A DNA stretch of 64,000 bases from a virus (IMGVR_UViG_3300030035_000081:1-64000), one strand, 5' to 3'; positions 48,643 through 58,181 are shown, counted from the first letter of the stretch. Numbers and translations are program-made. Notes: generated from the sequence alone by a model not told the origin.

Positions 48643-49383
48643 ATGCGTATTTATAGCGCAAACAACGTATTCATAGAAGTTACGCGCCGATGCAATATGT
48701 GCTGTGCGCACTGCCTGCGCGGAGATGCCGAAAGCATCGATATTCAGGAGAAGTACATCGATGCTTTTCTCGACAACTTTGAGAAGGGAGCTTATATCAG
48801 CTCTCTTACCTTTACCGGTGGGGAAATCTCTCTGAATATACCGGCAATTCGATACACCTTGAAAGCTGTCAAAGAGCGCGGTATCGCCGTTGGAAGCTTT
48901 TACATGGTCGCTAACGGAAAAGCTGTCGATAAGATGGCTGACCTTGCTATGGCGAGTCTGGAGTGGTGGGCCTACTGCGATGAAAAAGATGACTATATGT
49001 GCGGTCTTTGCATCAGCAGTGATAACTTCCACGAAGCAATCCCATATGAAAGTGAAAGTATCCTTAGTGGCTTGAAATATAACCGTAACGATAAGGTAAC
49101 GGACTTCCATCTGGCTTATTTACTGAACGAAGGGCGTGCTAAGAATCTCGATTCGAATATCTATAAGAAGCGTGAACCTCATGTAGACAAGCTCGAATAC
49201 GAATTCAACAAAACCGGCGATATCGACTTTTACAGCGGCGAGCTGTACTTGAACGCCATCGGTGATGTCGTTTCCGGCTGCGATTGGTCCTACAAGTCGC
49301 AGAAGAAATATCGTTTTGGTAATGTAATGAACAAAAACTGGCTGGAAAACATTTCCAACAGCGAGTTGTACATTGCAAGCTAA
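48643..49383 (+). CDS. radical SAM domain protein (CxxxCxxC)
   Basis: CNMCCAHC cluster motif near the N-terminus and a GGE motif. 246 aa. Confidence 0.7.
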   Translation: MRIYSANNVFIEVTRRCNMCCAHCLRGDAESIDIQEKYIDAFLDNFEKGAYISSLTFTGGEISLNIPAIRYTLKAVKERGIAVGSFYMVANGKAVDKMADLAMASLEWWAYCDEKDDYMCGLCISSDNFHEAIPYESESILSGLKYNRNDKVTDFHLAYLLNEGRAKNLDSNIYKKREPHVDKLEYEFNKTGDIDFYSGELYLNAIGDVVSGCDWSYKSQKKYRFGNVMNKNWLENISNSELYIAS

Positions 49384-49453
49384 ACCATATCACTTATACA
49401 TTGCCACTGTTTTCCTACAGAAACGGTGGCTTTTTTAGAAAAGGAGACCACAA

Positions 49454-50887
49454 ATGACTGAAACAAAAGACATGTTTGAACAAATCAGCGCCATCTTAAC
49501 CGATAAGAAAGATAAGCCGTTTTCTTATGAGGAGCTTGCAGCAATGCTCAAAACTGACCCTGATGCCCTCAAAACCTTTGATGAGGTCTATAAGACACAG
49601 GTTCTTGAAAGCGGAGAGCTGCATGAAAATATGCTCCAGTGGGATACAGCTACAGTCAAAGCAATTCTCGACAAAAAGGTCTACTTCCCACCGGAACTCA
49701 ATTCGCTCATTGACCGCATCGTCACAGAACTGGTGCTTGAAACGCGTCTGTACATCTACAACGCGGAACGCGGTGGCTATTATGTGACATACTCTGCCAA
49801 CCGCGACTTTATGACAGAGGTTACAAACGAGGAGTTGAAACGCTACCCCGAAGAACTCCGTCCGCAGCTCACCGGAAAGTTGATGAAGATTGACATTTCT
49901 GAGCCGTCGTACAAGGAATTGCTTCAAAACTACGCAGGCTACAAGAATGCAAAGAACGACAGCACAAAAATGTTCTACTACAACATGTTCCGTCAAGGTC
50001 TTGACATCCTCGACCTTGATGACTTCACTTATCAGATGCTTGAGATGAACCCCAACTCTATGGGCTTCTGGTTTCCTCCTCTGGTAGAGGGATTGTACGG
50101 CAGCGCATTTTTCAAGGTTCCGGACACAAAAATTCTTCGCGTACCTATCACCATGCTGCAGCTTACCCGCCTTGGTTTCGAGACGTTGAATCCCGTTACA
50201 AAGGAAATCGTGAACCGTTATTGCCAGAAAGTCTTCCATCTTGATGGATACGAAGACTATTTTATCAAAACGGGCACGTATTCTTCCAAATACGAATTCC
50301 GCAACGCTCATATCCATAACCCGAAGGAAATCAATGAGATGGGCGAGTATTTCTTGTTTTTGAATCATCTGACATGCTCGATGGCATCCCCTCTGAACAA
50401 TCGCTGCTTCTACGGCGCGAACACCACGAACGAGTGGGTCGTCAGAGAATACATCAAGGACAAAGAAAATAACCCCACCATCTACAACGGTTTGCCGCTG
50501 CACACTGAATATCGCGTGTTTGTGGATTTTGATACAAAGGAAATCCTTGGCGCAAGTCCTTATTGGCGCAGCGATGTTATGAAGAACGAATTCAAAAAAG
50601 TCAGCAGCCCACAGGAACGCCATGATTATGTTGTCTACAAGATGCATGAAGACATTCTGAACCAGCGTTACCACGAAAGCGTTCAAACTGTTCTGGCTGA
50701 GCTGAAGAAGGTTATTCCTCGCATTGAGTTGACAGGGCAGTGGAGCGTCGATGTAATGCGCAACGGCAATGATTACTACATCATTGATATGGCTCTTGCT
50801 GAGAATTCCGCTCTGAATGACTGCGTACCGAAAAATCTGCTTCGCGCTTATCCTCAGCAGTGGCTGCCGGGTGAATCGAACAGCTGA
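49454..50887 (+). CDS. ATP-grasp-like domain protein (tentative)
   Basis: EYRVFVDF and YYIIDMALAENS resemble ATP-grasp nucleotide-binding strands. 477 aa. Confidence 0.45.
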   Translation: MTETKDMFEQISAILTDKKDKPFSYEELAAMLKTDPDALKTFDEVYKTQVLESGELHENMLQWDTATVKAILDKKVYFPPELNSLIDRIVTELVLETRLYIYNAERGGYYVTYSANRDFMTEVTNEELKRYPEELRPQLTGKLMKIDISEPSYKELLQNYAGYKNAKNDSTKMFYYNMFRQGLDILDLDDFTYQMLEMNPNSMGFWFPPLVEGLYGSAFFKVPDTKILRVPITMLQLTRLGFETLNPVTKEIVNRYCQKVFHLDGYEDYFIKTGTYSSKYEFRNAHIHNPKEINEMGEYFLFLNHLTCSMASPLNNRCFYGANTTNEWVVREYIKDKENNPTIYNGLPLHTEYRVFVDFDTKEILGASPYWRSDVMKNEFKKVSSPQERHDYVVYKMHEDILNQRYHESVQTVLAELKKVIPRIELTGQWSVDVMRNGNDYYIIDMALAENSALNDCVPKNLLRAYPQQWLPGESNS

Positions 50888-51008
50888 TACTCCTAGAACG
50901 AAACTTTGATTCGGGTTCTTTCAGCAAAAAGCGTAGGAACCAAAATCATACGAAATGATTGTGTTAACACATAAAAACAAGTATAATATATGCAAGGAAG
51001 TGATAATA

Positions 51009-51461
51009 ATGGTTCTGTATCATGGCAGCGATGTAATAGTCCGCAACCCTGAGGTCAGAAAAACAAGGTACGCCAAAGATTTTTCATGGGGATTCTATTG
51101 CACTAGCAACTACGAACAAGCCGCTCGCTGGTCAAAAAAAGGCAGGTCTCGTGGTATTGTCAACGTGTTTGAATATACAGAATCTCCTATGCTAAATATT
51201 AAGAAATTCCCCGAAATGAGTGATGAGTGGCTTGATTTTATTGCTATATGTCGTTCGGGCAAACATCATGACTATGATATTGTGGAAGGACCCATGGCGG
51301 ATGACACCATTTGGAACTACGTCAACGACTTTCTAAGCGGTGATATTAGCCGTGAAGCTTTTTGGGCGTTGGCAAAATTCAAGCATCCCACGCATCAAAT
51401 CAGCTTTCACACGGAAGTCGCTTTGAAATGTCTCTCTTTTAAGGAGGCGATTGAAGTATGA
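51009..51461 (+). CDS. DUF3990-like protein
   Basis: MVLYHGS opening typical of DUF3990. Paired with a downstream DUF3791-like gene. Confidence 0.5.
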   Translation: MVLYHGSDVIVRNPEVRKTRYAKDFSWGFYCTSNYEQAARWSKKGRSRGIVNVFEYTESPMLNIKKFPEMSDEWLDFIAICRSGKHHDYDIVEGPMADDTIWNYVNDFLSGDISREAFWALAKFKHPTHQISFHTEVALKCLSFKEAIEV

Positions 51462-51907
51462 CTGAAACTGCAACCTACAGCAAAAACGATGTCTTTTATA
51501 CCTGCAGCCTGATTGAATATATCGGCCGCGTTACGAGGAATCATCGCAAGGATGTGGTTTCTGCTCTTGGCACAAACGGAGTCAAGGCAATTCTCGACTC
51601 AGCGGATGTGTTTCACTGCCAGAGCTTTGAGCAATCTGCCGATGAAATTTGTGAGCTTTTTCCTGTGCCGGAAGGAACGTATGATACGGTGTCTAACTGC
51701 CATTACAAGGTTCCATCTTATACAGATATCGGAAAAGTGTACCAGCGCATCATCTTTGACTGTACTAGCACTCCTAGTGTCCAGGATGTAATTGATGTAT
51801 TTTCCTCGTTCATTAGCGATGACATCTCAGATTTTAATACTGCAACTTACTATTGTAATCCGAGCTATTTGTACCACTCATACAAGGCCGGAAAACTACT
51901 GGATTGA
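51458..51907 (+). CDS. DUF3791-like protein
   Basis: Overlapping start and stop with the DUF3990 gene. Family assignment from memory of architecture. Confidence 0.45.
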   Translation: MTETATYSKNDVFYTCSLIEYIGRVTRNHRKDVVSALGTNGVKAILDSADVFHCQSFEQSADEICELFPVPEGTYDTVSNCHYKVPSYTDIGKVYQRIIFDCTSTPSVQDVIDVFSSFISDDISDFNTATYYCNPSYLYHSYKAGKLLD

Positions 51908-51928
51908 TTTTCAAAAGCAATAGCAATC

Positions 51929-51968
51929 AAGACCACTGCCCCAAAAAGGGTGGTGGTCTTATTTTTTT
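51929..51968 (+). terminator. intrinsic terminator
   Basis: AAGACCAC...GTGGTCTT plus T-run. Confidence 0.65.
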
Positions 51969-52005
51969 GCACAACACTTACCATAAATTACCAGAAAGAA
52001 AAACA

Positions 52006-52033
52006 TTGTGCATCTGTGCGAATTGCATATAAT
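52006..52033 (+). promoter_or_regulatory. island promoter family member 14: -35 TTGTGC, spacer ATCTGTGCGAATTGCA, -10 TATAAT
   Basis: Seen in sequence. Confidence 0.6.
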
Positions 52034-52145
52034 ACAAAATATAGAACGAAAGGCATCAAAAAACATCGTTGGTCGGGCAAAATCCGACCGAAAGGCTAGG
52101 GCGGGCTCAGTTTTGAACCTGCTCTTTCTTTTTATCGGAGGCTTT

Positions 52146-52673
52146 ATGTCAAACAAAGAAGAACGCATGAACCGCAATAAAAGCATCATCGAAGATTACA
52201 AAAATGGAAAGCCGATTTTAGAAATCGCGAGGGACTATAATCTTTCAGAAACGATGTGCTACAAGATTCTAAAAGGTACGCAGGAGCCGCCTCGTTATTT
52301 TGAAAAAAAGAGGAAGAGACTTACCACTCGAAATGAGCAAATTGTTAAACAGTATAAAGGCGGTATGACGGCCAGAGAATTGGGCAAGATGTACGGCATT
52401 TCCATGCAGCGTATTTATGCAATCTTGCATTCGAGCGGAGAGTACGAAAGCCAAAAATACAATCATATTGAAACAGCTCTCAAAAAAGAGAAAAAGATGC
52501 GGAACCAAACTTTTCTTGATGCTTACAAGAAAAATCCTCGAAAATCGATTATCGAGTTGAGCAGGGAGGTAAATATCAGCCCTTCACTAGGTTATCTTAT
52601 CCTTCATCAAAATGGGATTTACCAGTATAACGTAAAAGCCAGAGCTAAGGAGAATAGCGAAAATGCCGATTAA
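52146..52673 (+). CDS. tandem HTH-repeat protein (3 repeats)
   Basis: Repeats PILEIARDYNLSETMCYKILKG, TARELGKMYGISMQRIYAILHS and SIIELSREVNISPSLGYLILHQ. Confidence 0.6.
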   Translation: MSNKEERMNRNKSIIEDYKNGKPILEIARDYNLSETMCYKILKGTQEPPRYFEKKRKRLTTRNEQIVKQYKGGMTARELGKMYGISMQRIYAILHSSGEYESQKYNHIETALKKEKKMRNQTFLDAYKKNPRKSIIELSREVNISPSLGYLILHQNGIYQYNVKARAKENSENAD

Positions 52674-53181
52674 CAAGATTACCCACGTGTGTCTAACTCA
52701 TGACAAAGTCAGGGCGCGAAATGAAAAGATGCTGGAGGATGCCAAGAACGGTATGTCCCAGGAACAGCTGGCCGAAAAGTATCAAATTTGTGTTTCTACT
52801 GTCCGATATAGTCTGAAGGACTTTTACGAAGAACAGGCCCGGCAGAGAAAAGCAAAGAAGAAAGCCTGGCAAACCCAGATGATTCATGAATATGAGATGG
52901 GCGCAAAATCTCCGGAGCTTCAGGAAAAATACGGCATCAGTGGAACGCTCTTTTATCGGATTCTTCATGCACACGGAAAGAATGGCCGACAAATCCACAG
53001 CCAAAACCGTATCGAGACTGGCAAGAAAAGAAACGCCGAGATGGTCAGGAAATACAAAAACGGCGTTTCTGTCAAAGAGCTTGCGGAAGAATACGGGCTC
53101 AAAAAGGGAAGCGTATATCGCGCCATGAAGCGGTATAGTCCAGGCCCAGGGAAAAGTAAAAGTTGTCAAAGTGAGGAATAA
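52663..53181 (+). CDS. tandem HTH-repeat protein (3 repeats)
   Basis: SQEQLAEKYQICVSTVRYSL, SPELQEKYGISGTLFYRIL and SVKELAEEYGLKKGSVYRAM. Confidence 0.6.
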   Translation: MPINKITHVCLTHDKVRARNEKMLEDAKNGMSQEQLAEKYQICVSTVRYSLKDFYEEQARQRKAKKKAWQTQMIHEYEMGAKSPELQEKYGISGTLFYRILHAHGKNGRQIHSQNRIETGKKRNAEMVRKYKNGVSVKELAEEYGLKKGSVYRAMKRYSPGPGKSKSCQSEE

Positions 53182-53185
53182 TTGC

Positions 53186-54139
53186 ATGGCTGCATCAAAG
53201 AAAGATGTTGCGAAGCAGCAGGTCAAAGAAGACCGAGAAAAAGTCCGGGAAATGTATCTTTCTGGCAAAACTGTCAAGGAAATCGCCAAGGAAACGTATT
53301 TTTCAAGCTCTTATTGCTATGCCATGGTGAGAGACCTAGCAAAAGAAAAGAATCTTGCAAAGAAAGCAAAAAGAGCACCTCTCGACGAAGCTATGATTCA
53401 AGATGCGAAAGCCGGGATGACGGTTGCTGAAATCGCAAAGAAGCATGGCGTGACCTATCAGCAGTGCTACTATACTGTTTCTGAATACGCTCAAGCTACG
53501 ATTAAGAAGAACAAGAAAAAGCAGTCTGCTGCCACGAAAGTTCGCAATGCGGCTATGTTGGAAGATGCGAAAGCCGGAATGACTGATAAGGAAATCGCCA
53601 AAAAATACTTTTTGTCTCGAAGCAGTGTCCGTACCGTCCTTGCAGGGCATTTACATACAAATTCCAAAAAGTTGGATGAAAGGCGCAAGGCGATTCTTGC
53701 GGATTATGAGGCAGGAACGTCCTCAAAAGACATCTGTGAGAAATACGGTATTTCAAAATCCACTCTTTACAAGGACATGCGCCAAATTGGAAAAACCTGT
53801 CAGGAATACTATCACAAGGCGCTGAAAGACAAGACCAATCGAAGGAATTCCGATATTCGAAGCAAAATCGAAAGAGGGGTCTCGGTCAGCACTATTGCCA
53901 AGGAATACGGAATCTCTAAAACGGCGATTTATGAAACGTTTCATCAGGAAAATGTCAGAGCTGGAATTTTACAGAAACGCGGCCGTCCGCGAAAAAACAC
54001 GGAACGTAATGCACTGATTGCTAAACGCCACAGGGAAGGCGAGAAGGTGCAGGCGCTTGCCACTGAATATAATCTCTCTGTTTCGACGGTAAACACTATT
54101 TGCAGTAGAAACAAAAATCAGAATATAACCTCATATTAA
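53186..54139 (+). CDS. tandem HTH-repeat protein (6 repeats)
   Basis: Six units of pattern G.(T/S)..EIAK.YG.S..T.Y. Confidence 0.6.
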   Translation: MAASKKDVAKQQVKEDREKVREMYLSGKTVKEIAKETYFSSSYCYAMVRDLAKEKNLAKKAKRAPLDEAMIQDAKAGMTVAEIAKKHGVTYQQCYYTVSEYAQATIKKNKKKQSAATKVRNAAMLEDAKAGMTDKEIAKKYFLSRSSVRTVLAGHLHTNSKKLDERRKAILADYEAGTSSKDICEKYGISKSTLYKDMRQIGKTCQEYYHKALKDKTNRRNSDIRSKIERGVSVSTIAKEYGISKTAIYETFHQENVRAGILQKRGRPRKNTERNALIAKRHREGEKVQALATEYNLSVSTVNTICSRNKNQNITSY

Positions 54140-54184
54140 CAGGCTGCCATTTGGCGGCCTATTTCTTTTTTAGGAGGAAATGAA

Positions 54185-55099
54185 ATGACAGACGACGTAC
54201 GTAATTTAATTCGATTTGTGGTGGATGGCGATATTCGAAACGCGCAGACTCAGTGCCGAATCATGCTTGAAAAGAATGTACCCGAAAAGGACGCCAGGTT
54301 CAAAGAAAACGAACTCAGAAAGTTGAATCTTCTGAAACCGGAACTGATTCAGCTGCCCGCCAACCTGGAAAACCTCTTGATTGCGGAGGATGCCACGAAT
54401 TTCCCTGAGAGCCGGTTCCTGCTCCGCGAGGAGGAAGAAACAGTCATCAACAAGCTCTTGGCCACCAGAAAAGCAGCTTTAGCCATCAAGGAGCTTGGCA
54501 TCCACTATACTTGCTCTTTGCTTTTGACGGGCCTTCCTGGTGTTGGTAAGACTGAATTGGCCCGCTACATTGCACACAAGGCGAATTTACCGTTTGTTTT
54601 CCTGAAATTCTCTGGCCTTGTCAATTCTGCTCTTGGTCGTACACAGCAGAATATCGGCAGAGTATTCGACTACGCAAAACGCACGCCCTGCGTTCTCTGC
54701 GTTGACGAAATTGATGCCATCGGAATGTGCCGTGGCGGCCGTGATGACGTCGCTGAAATGAGCCGTGTCACCATTGCTTTGATGCAGGAACTTGACCGGC
54801 TCCCGAATGACGTCATTCTCATTGGCACTACAAACCGCGTCGATAACCTTGACGAAGCCCTCATTCGCCGATTCACTTTCAAACACCGCGTCAAGCCTTT
54901 AGGCGACGATGACATGAAAGAACTGTGCAAGAAGTTCCTTGCTTCGGCAGACTATCCCTTCACGGAATCCGAACTCGACGAACTCTGCCATTCGCTGCGT
55001 GAACAGCGGACTGCCAGCGCCGTTGTCAATGCCTGTACAGAACGTATCGTTGCACATATCGTATCGCAGTTGCCTGAAAATTCGGCAGATGCCGTGTAA
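54185..55099 (+). CDS. AAA+ family ATPase (classic AAA core)
   Basis: Walker A GLPGVGKT, Walker B VLCVDEID, sensor/arginine region LIGTTNRVDNLDEALIRRF. Confidence 0.8.
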   Translation: MTDDVRNLIRFVVDGDIRNAQTQCRIMLEKNVPEKDARFKENELRKLNLLKPELIQLPANLENLLIAEDATNFPESRFLLREEEETVINKLLATRKAALAIKELGIHYTCSLLLTGLPGVGKTELARYIAHKANLPFVFLKFSGLVNSALGRTQQNIGRVFDYAKRTPCVLCVDEIDAIGMCRGGRDDVAEMSRVTIALMQELDRLPNDVILIGTTNRVDNLDEALIRRFTFKHRVKPLGDDDMKELCKKFLASADYPFTESELDELCHSLREQRTASAVVNACTERIVAHIVSQLPENSADAV

Positions 55100-55802
55100 A
55101 AGTATGATAGCCTGGGAAGAAAGCCCTCGTCAGTTTAAGATGTCCAAGCAACTCGATGAGGGAAAATTCGGAGAAGACTTGGCTCGCAAATTCCTTAACG
55201 ACCCGATTATCAAAGTGAATCATGGCATTAGCCATTACGATGACGTGACTCAGGATAAATCATATCAAGACAAAGATACCGATTTCATCGTCTGGAAGAA
55301 AAATGGAAAGACCTTTGGTCTGGAAGCGAAAGTGGACAGTCACAATACCGGAAATTTCTACCTGGAAACCTCGGTGGACTACTTCTCCATGGTGCCTGAC
55401 GCTCTGAACGAACAACGGGTGGCGCGGCGGTATCGGGATGGCATCGACCCTTTATGGCACACCCCGGGCTGGGTATACAGGAGTGGTGCGGACCAGATTC
55501 TCTATTATTTCAGAACCACGCAGCTGCTTTACATTTTCTCCCGCGTTGATGTCTGGTTCTATGCTGAAAAGCTGATGCGCGGTGGAATCCATCTCGACCC
55601 CGGAATCAGAAAGCCAAAAATGTATTCTGCCGAAAATATCAGTGAACGCAATGGTTCCACTCTCTTCTTTGCCAACGGCTTATGCGTGAATGCTGAGCAG
55701 ACATACAAGGCTTTAGGGGCACAAAAAAGAGTCATCAAATACCAGGTTGAAAGCCCTGATTCAGACGTTCCAACGTTCAGCTTTTGCCCTTTCAAATTAT
55801 GA
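55089..55802 (+). CDS. PD-(D/E)xK-like nuclease-fold protein (tentative), translationally coupled to the AAA ATPase
   Basis: ATG overlaps the AAA stop (ATGCCGTGTAA). DTDFIVWKKNGKTFGLEAKVD gives a D...EAK motif. Confidence 0.5.
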   Translation: MPCKSMIAWEESPRQFKMSKQLDEGKFGEDLARKFLNDPIIKVNHGISHYDDVTQDKSYQDKDTDFIVWKKNGKTFGLEAKVDSHNTGNFYLETSVDYFSMVPDALNEQRVARRYRDGIDPLWHTPGWVYRSGADQILYYFRTTQLLYIFSRVDVWFYAEKLMRGGIHLDPGIRKPKMYSAENISERNGSTLFFANGLCVNAEQTYKALGAQKRVIKYQVESPDSDVPTFSFCPFKL

Positions 55803-55883
55803 ATTTTTCGCTAACAATCGTCAAGAAATCACATTTCAGTTTATCGGAAGAGTATAATTGTAGTAGAAAGAGAGAAAAAAAGC

Positions 55884-56093
55884 ATGAACCAAATCAACGT
55901 TGTCACGATTGGGAAACTCATTGAAGCGCATCGTGAAGGTGACGAGCAGAAGTTCAAAACTTACGTCGATTTTATTGTAAAAGCCTACGAAGAGCAGGAG
56001 AACGACCGTGCCGCACGAATCATCCGAAGCAGCTATACGGGTGACTACGGTGAGCAGGGGAAAGTTGTTCTGGATGAAGCAAACGGACTCTGA
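55884..56093 (+). CDS. hypothetical small protein (69 aa)
   Basis: GAGAGA RBS. Overlaps the alternative ORF 56070..56229. Confidence 0.4.
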   Translation: MNQINVVTIGKLIEAHREGDEQKFKTYVDFIVKAYEEQENDRAARIIRSSYTGDYGEQGKVVLDEANGL

Positions 56094-56231
56094 GGAAGAG
56101 GCCCTGCAACAGCTGCAAAAGCACGCAGCAAACTATGCACAACGTATCACGATATATAAGATAGACGGTAGAACCGTGAAACGGGAAGTTGCCGAATACG
56201 ACCAGTGGGAAAAGAAGTGGATGAGTTAATC

Positions 56232-56708
56232 ATGAAGCACAAAATCTCGGAAACCGGCGCTCGGATGCTTAAATATCAAGAGCAGCTTGCCGACGAATAC
56301 AAGTACAAGCCCATCCCACGTACCTTTTTCAAGGATGTGCGGGCAGAATTTGAAGAAACTTTGCCGGAATGGTGCAATATGTCCGGCGATACGACCAAAC
56401 TCGAAACCAGAAGCGGCACGGTCATTGCCAGCGGGTATAACCGAATCGTGATTGGCGACTACGGCGCATTCGTTGAGTTTCCGCGTGCCCAAGCAAATGC
56501 ACGTCATTTGAAAATCAAAGAGGGGCAAAGCTATCGTATCGAAGACCCGCGCTATGCCGAACATGTGAAATATCTTTGGCTCACAGCGGACGATAACTCT
56601 GACGTGAAAGTATACGACCAAAAGCGCTTGGTTGAGTACGCTGACTACAAGCCGGGGATGCTGTATGTCAGCGTGTACGAGGTGTTTCCGGCAGAAGAAG
56701 GTCACTGA
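56232..56708 (+). CDS. hypothetical protein (158 aa)
   Basis: ORF. Last plus-strand gene of the island. Confidence 0.55.
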   Translation: MKHKISETGARMLKYQEQLADEYKYKPIPRTFFKDVRAEFEETLPEWCNMSGDTTKLETRSGTVIASGYNRIVIGDYGAFVEFPRAQANARHLKIKEGQSYRIEDPRYAEHVKYLWLTADDNSDVKVYDQKRLVEYADYKPGMLYVSVYEVFPAEEGH

Positions 56709-56935
56709 AAAGAAAGCCGAACCACGGGACGAATGGGGACAGGGTGATTCCATTGCTGACCTATACGCAAAGAGCGGTGCAGTGGTTTCACAGGTCAGCT
56801 CGGCCAAAGATTTACTGAATTTCCTGCAAACTGCCGGAAACGCAAGGCATTTGTGATGCACTTGCCTCAACCACAAGATATAGTGGTATCTTAATGTTTG
56901 TTTACAATTTAGACACTATATATTGTGTCTTTTCA

Positions 56936-56964
56936 TTGACCGGATACCACATATATGGTATAAT
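56936..56964 (+). promoter_or_regulatory. strong housekeeping-type promoter TTGACC, 17-nt spacer, TGgTATAAT (extended -10), upstream of the tRNA region
   Basis: Seen in sequence. Confidence 0.6.
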
Positions 56965-57104
56965 ACAATTGTTCTCAGGAAGAGGAACGGCTCCTGAGAC
57001 ATCAAGGTTTTCCTTTCCCCAATCTTGGTCGCATGGCTTCATTTGAGCTGACACAGGTGAAGCGTGAAAATCATCCGTTTCATAGTAATATCCTTCCTTT
57101 CTTT

Positions 57105-57196
57105 GGCGCGGGTAACTCCGCGCCAGCCGTCCAAGCAAACAGCCTCCACGCGGTGGACGGTGGACAACAGATGTTTCCGTGTTCCGGGCATCTGGC
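57105..57196 (+). ncRNA. copy 2 of recurring structured RNA motif (CCGTCCA/TGGACGG stem around AGCAAACAGCCUCCACGCGG; then TGGACAAC and hairpin)
   Basis: Seen in sequence. Confidence 0.45.
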
Positions 57197-57210
57197 TAAT
57201 GTTTGTATTT

Positions 57211-57286
57211 GCTGGTTTAGCTCAGCTGGTAGTGCAACTGATTTGTAATCAGTCGGTCATCGGTTCAAGTCCGATTTCCAGCTCCA
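57211..57286 (+). tRNA. tRNA-Thr(UGU)-like with two U-U mismatches at the base of the acceptor stem
   Basis: Manual cloverleaf. Anticodon loop TTTGTAA, T-arm ATCGG/CCGAT, encoded CCA. Confidence 0.5.
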
Positions 57287-57759
57287 GACGCTATCCGTTG
57301 GATGTATCGAAATCACATGATACGATGCTATACACAACATCTGGCGGACAGCATGCCACCCATTAAGGCGGCCTCCTCGTGGCGGGTGGCGGACAGCGGC
57401 TCTTGCGGCTGCTGACGAATGTCTTAGAAGCATGCAAACGTACGAGCATCCCCGTCAAGTCGGGGCGCATCCAGACGCGACACAGCCGTAAAGGCGAGAT
57501 TGCTGCACGGCAACTGGTAAGTTTCGCCGCAGTCTCACACACAGCCCAACAACAACCGTTAACCCGATTTGACAGGGAATCAACGACAGGGCTCAAAATT
57601 TGAAGTTGACCAACACCCAAGCGCTTTCTTGGATTCTCGCGTATCGTCAACGATGAGGTTCGCAAGATTGTCAGGTGGTGTGAAGATGACATCCGGGGAT
57701 GACGACCTACTAAACGGATGTCATGGCGGGGCTAAGTGAGGGTTCACCCGCAATCTTAT

Positions 57760-57834
57760 GCAGGTATCGTATAACGGCTAATACTCCGCCCCTCCAAGGC
57801 GGAGACGCGGGTTCGACCCCCGCTACTTGCTCCA
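57760..57834 (+). tRNA. tRNA-Gly(UCC)
   Basis: Manual cloverleaf. Anticodon loop CCTCCAA, T-loop TTCGACC, CCA encoded. Confidence 0.8.
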
Positions 57835-58105
57835 CACGTCGCAGTCACCGTACCCACGACGTTAAACTTGGTGAGCATGGTCCACTTGTGGTCCGCTGTC
57901 CGAATGTCGATGAGACAGCCTCAAAAATAATAGACAAACAGGTGCTGTGCCTGATAGTATCCAATAGTCCCGGTATTAGTCGCGAATAAGACCGGAAAAC
58001 AGCGGAAAGGGTATAAAGCAGAATCCATCGATGCAGCTATCGAATGGTGCTGGATGCGAGTTGGCTTCTCGCTCAAGGGGTGACCAGCATAAAACACCCT
58101 ATCGT

Positions 58106-58181
58106 GCTCGATTAGCTCAGTTGGTAGAGCAGCGCATTCGTAACGCGCAGGTCGGCAGTTCGAACCTGCCATCAAGCCCCA
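58106..58181 (+). tRNA. tRNA-Thr(CGU)
   Basis: Anticodon loop TTCGTAA. One mismatch each in the acceptor and anticodon stems. Confidence 0.7.

Noticed and set aside
49496-50686. 396-aa minus-strand ORF
   Set aside because: Antisense to the ATP-grasp-like gene. Odd composition and no start context.
57360-57834. Possible tmRNA (ssrA), because the tRNA-Gly 3' half resembles a tmRNA T-arm
   Set aside because: No GGGG 5' end, no tag-peptide reading frame (ANDENYALAA-like) and no pseudoknot series. The sequence folds as an ordinary tRNA-Gly(UCC).
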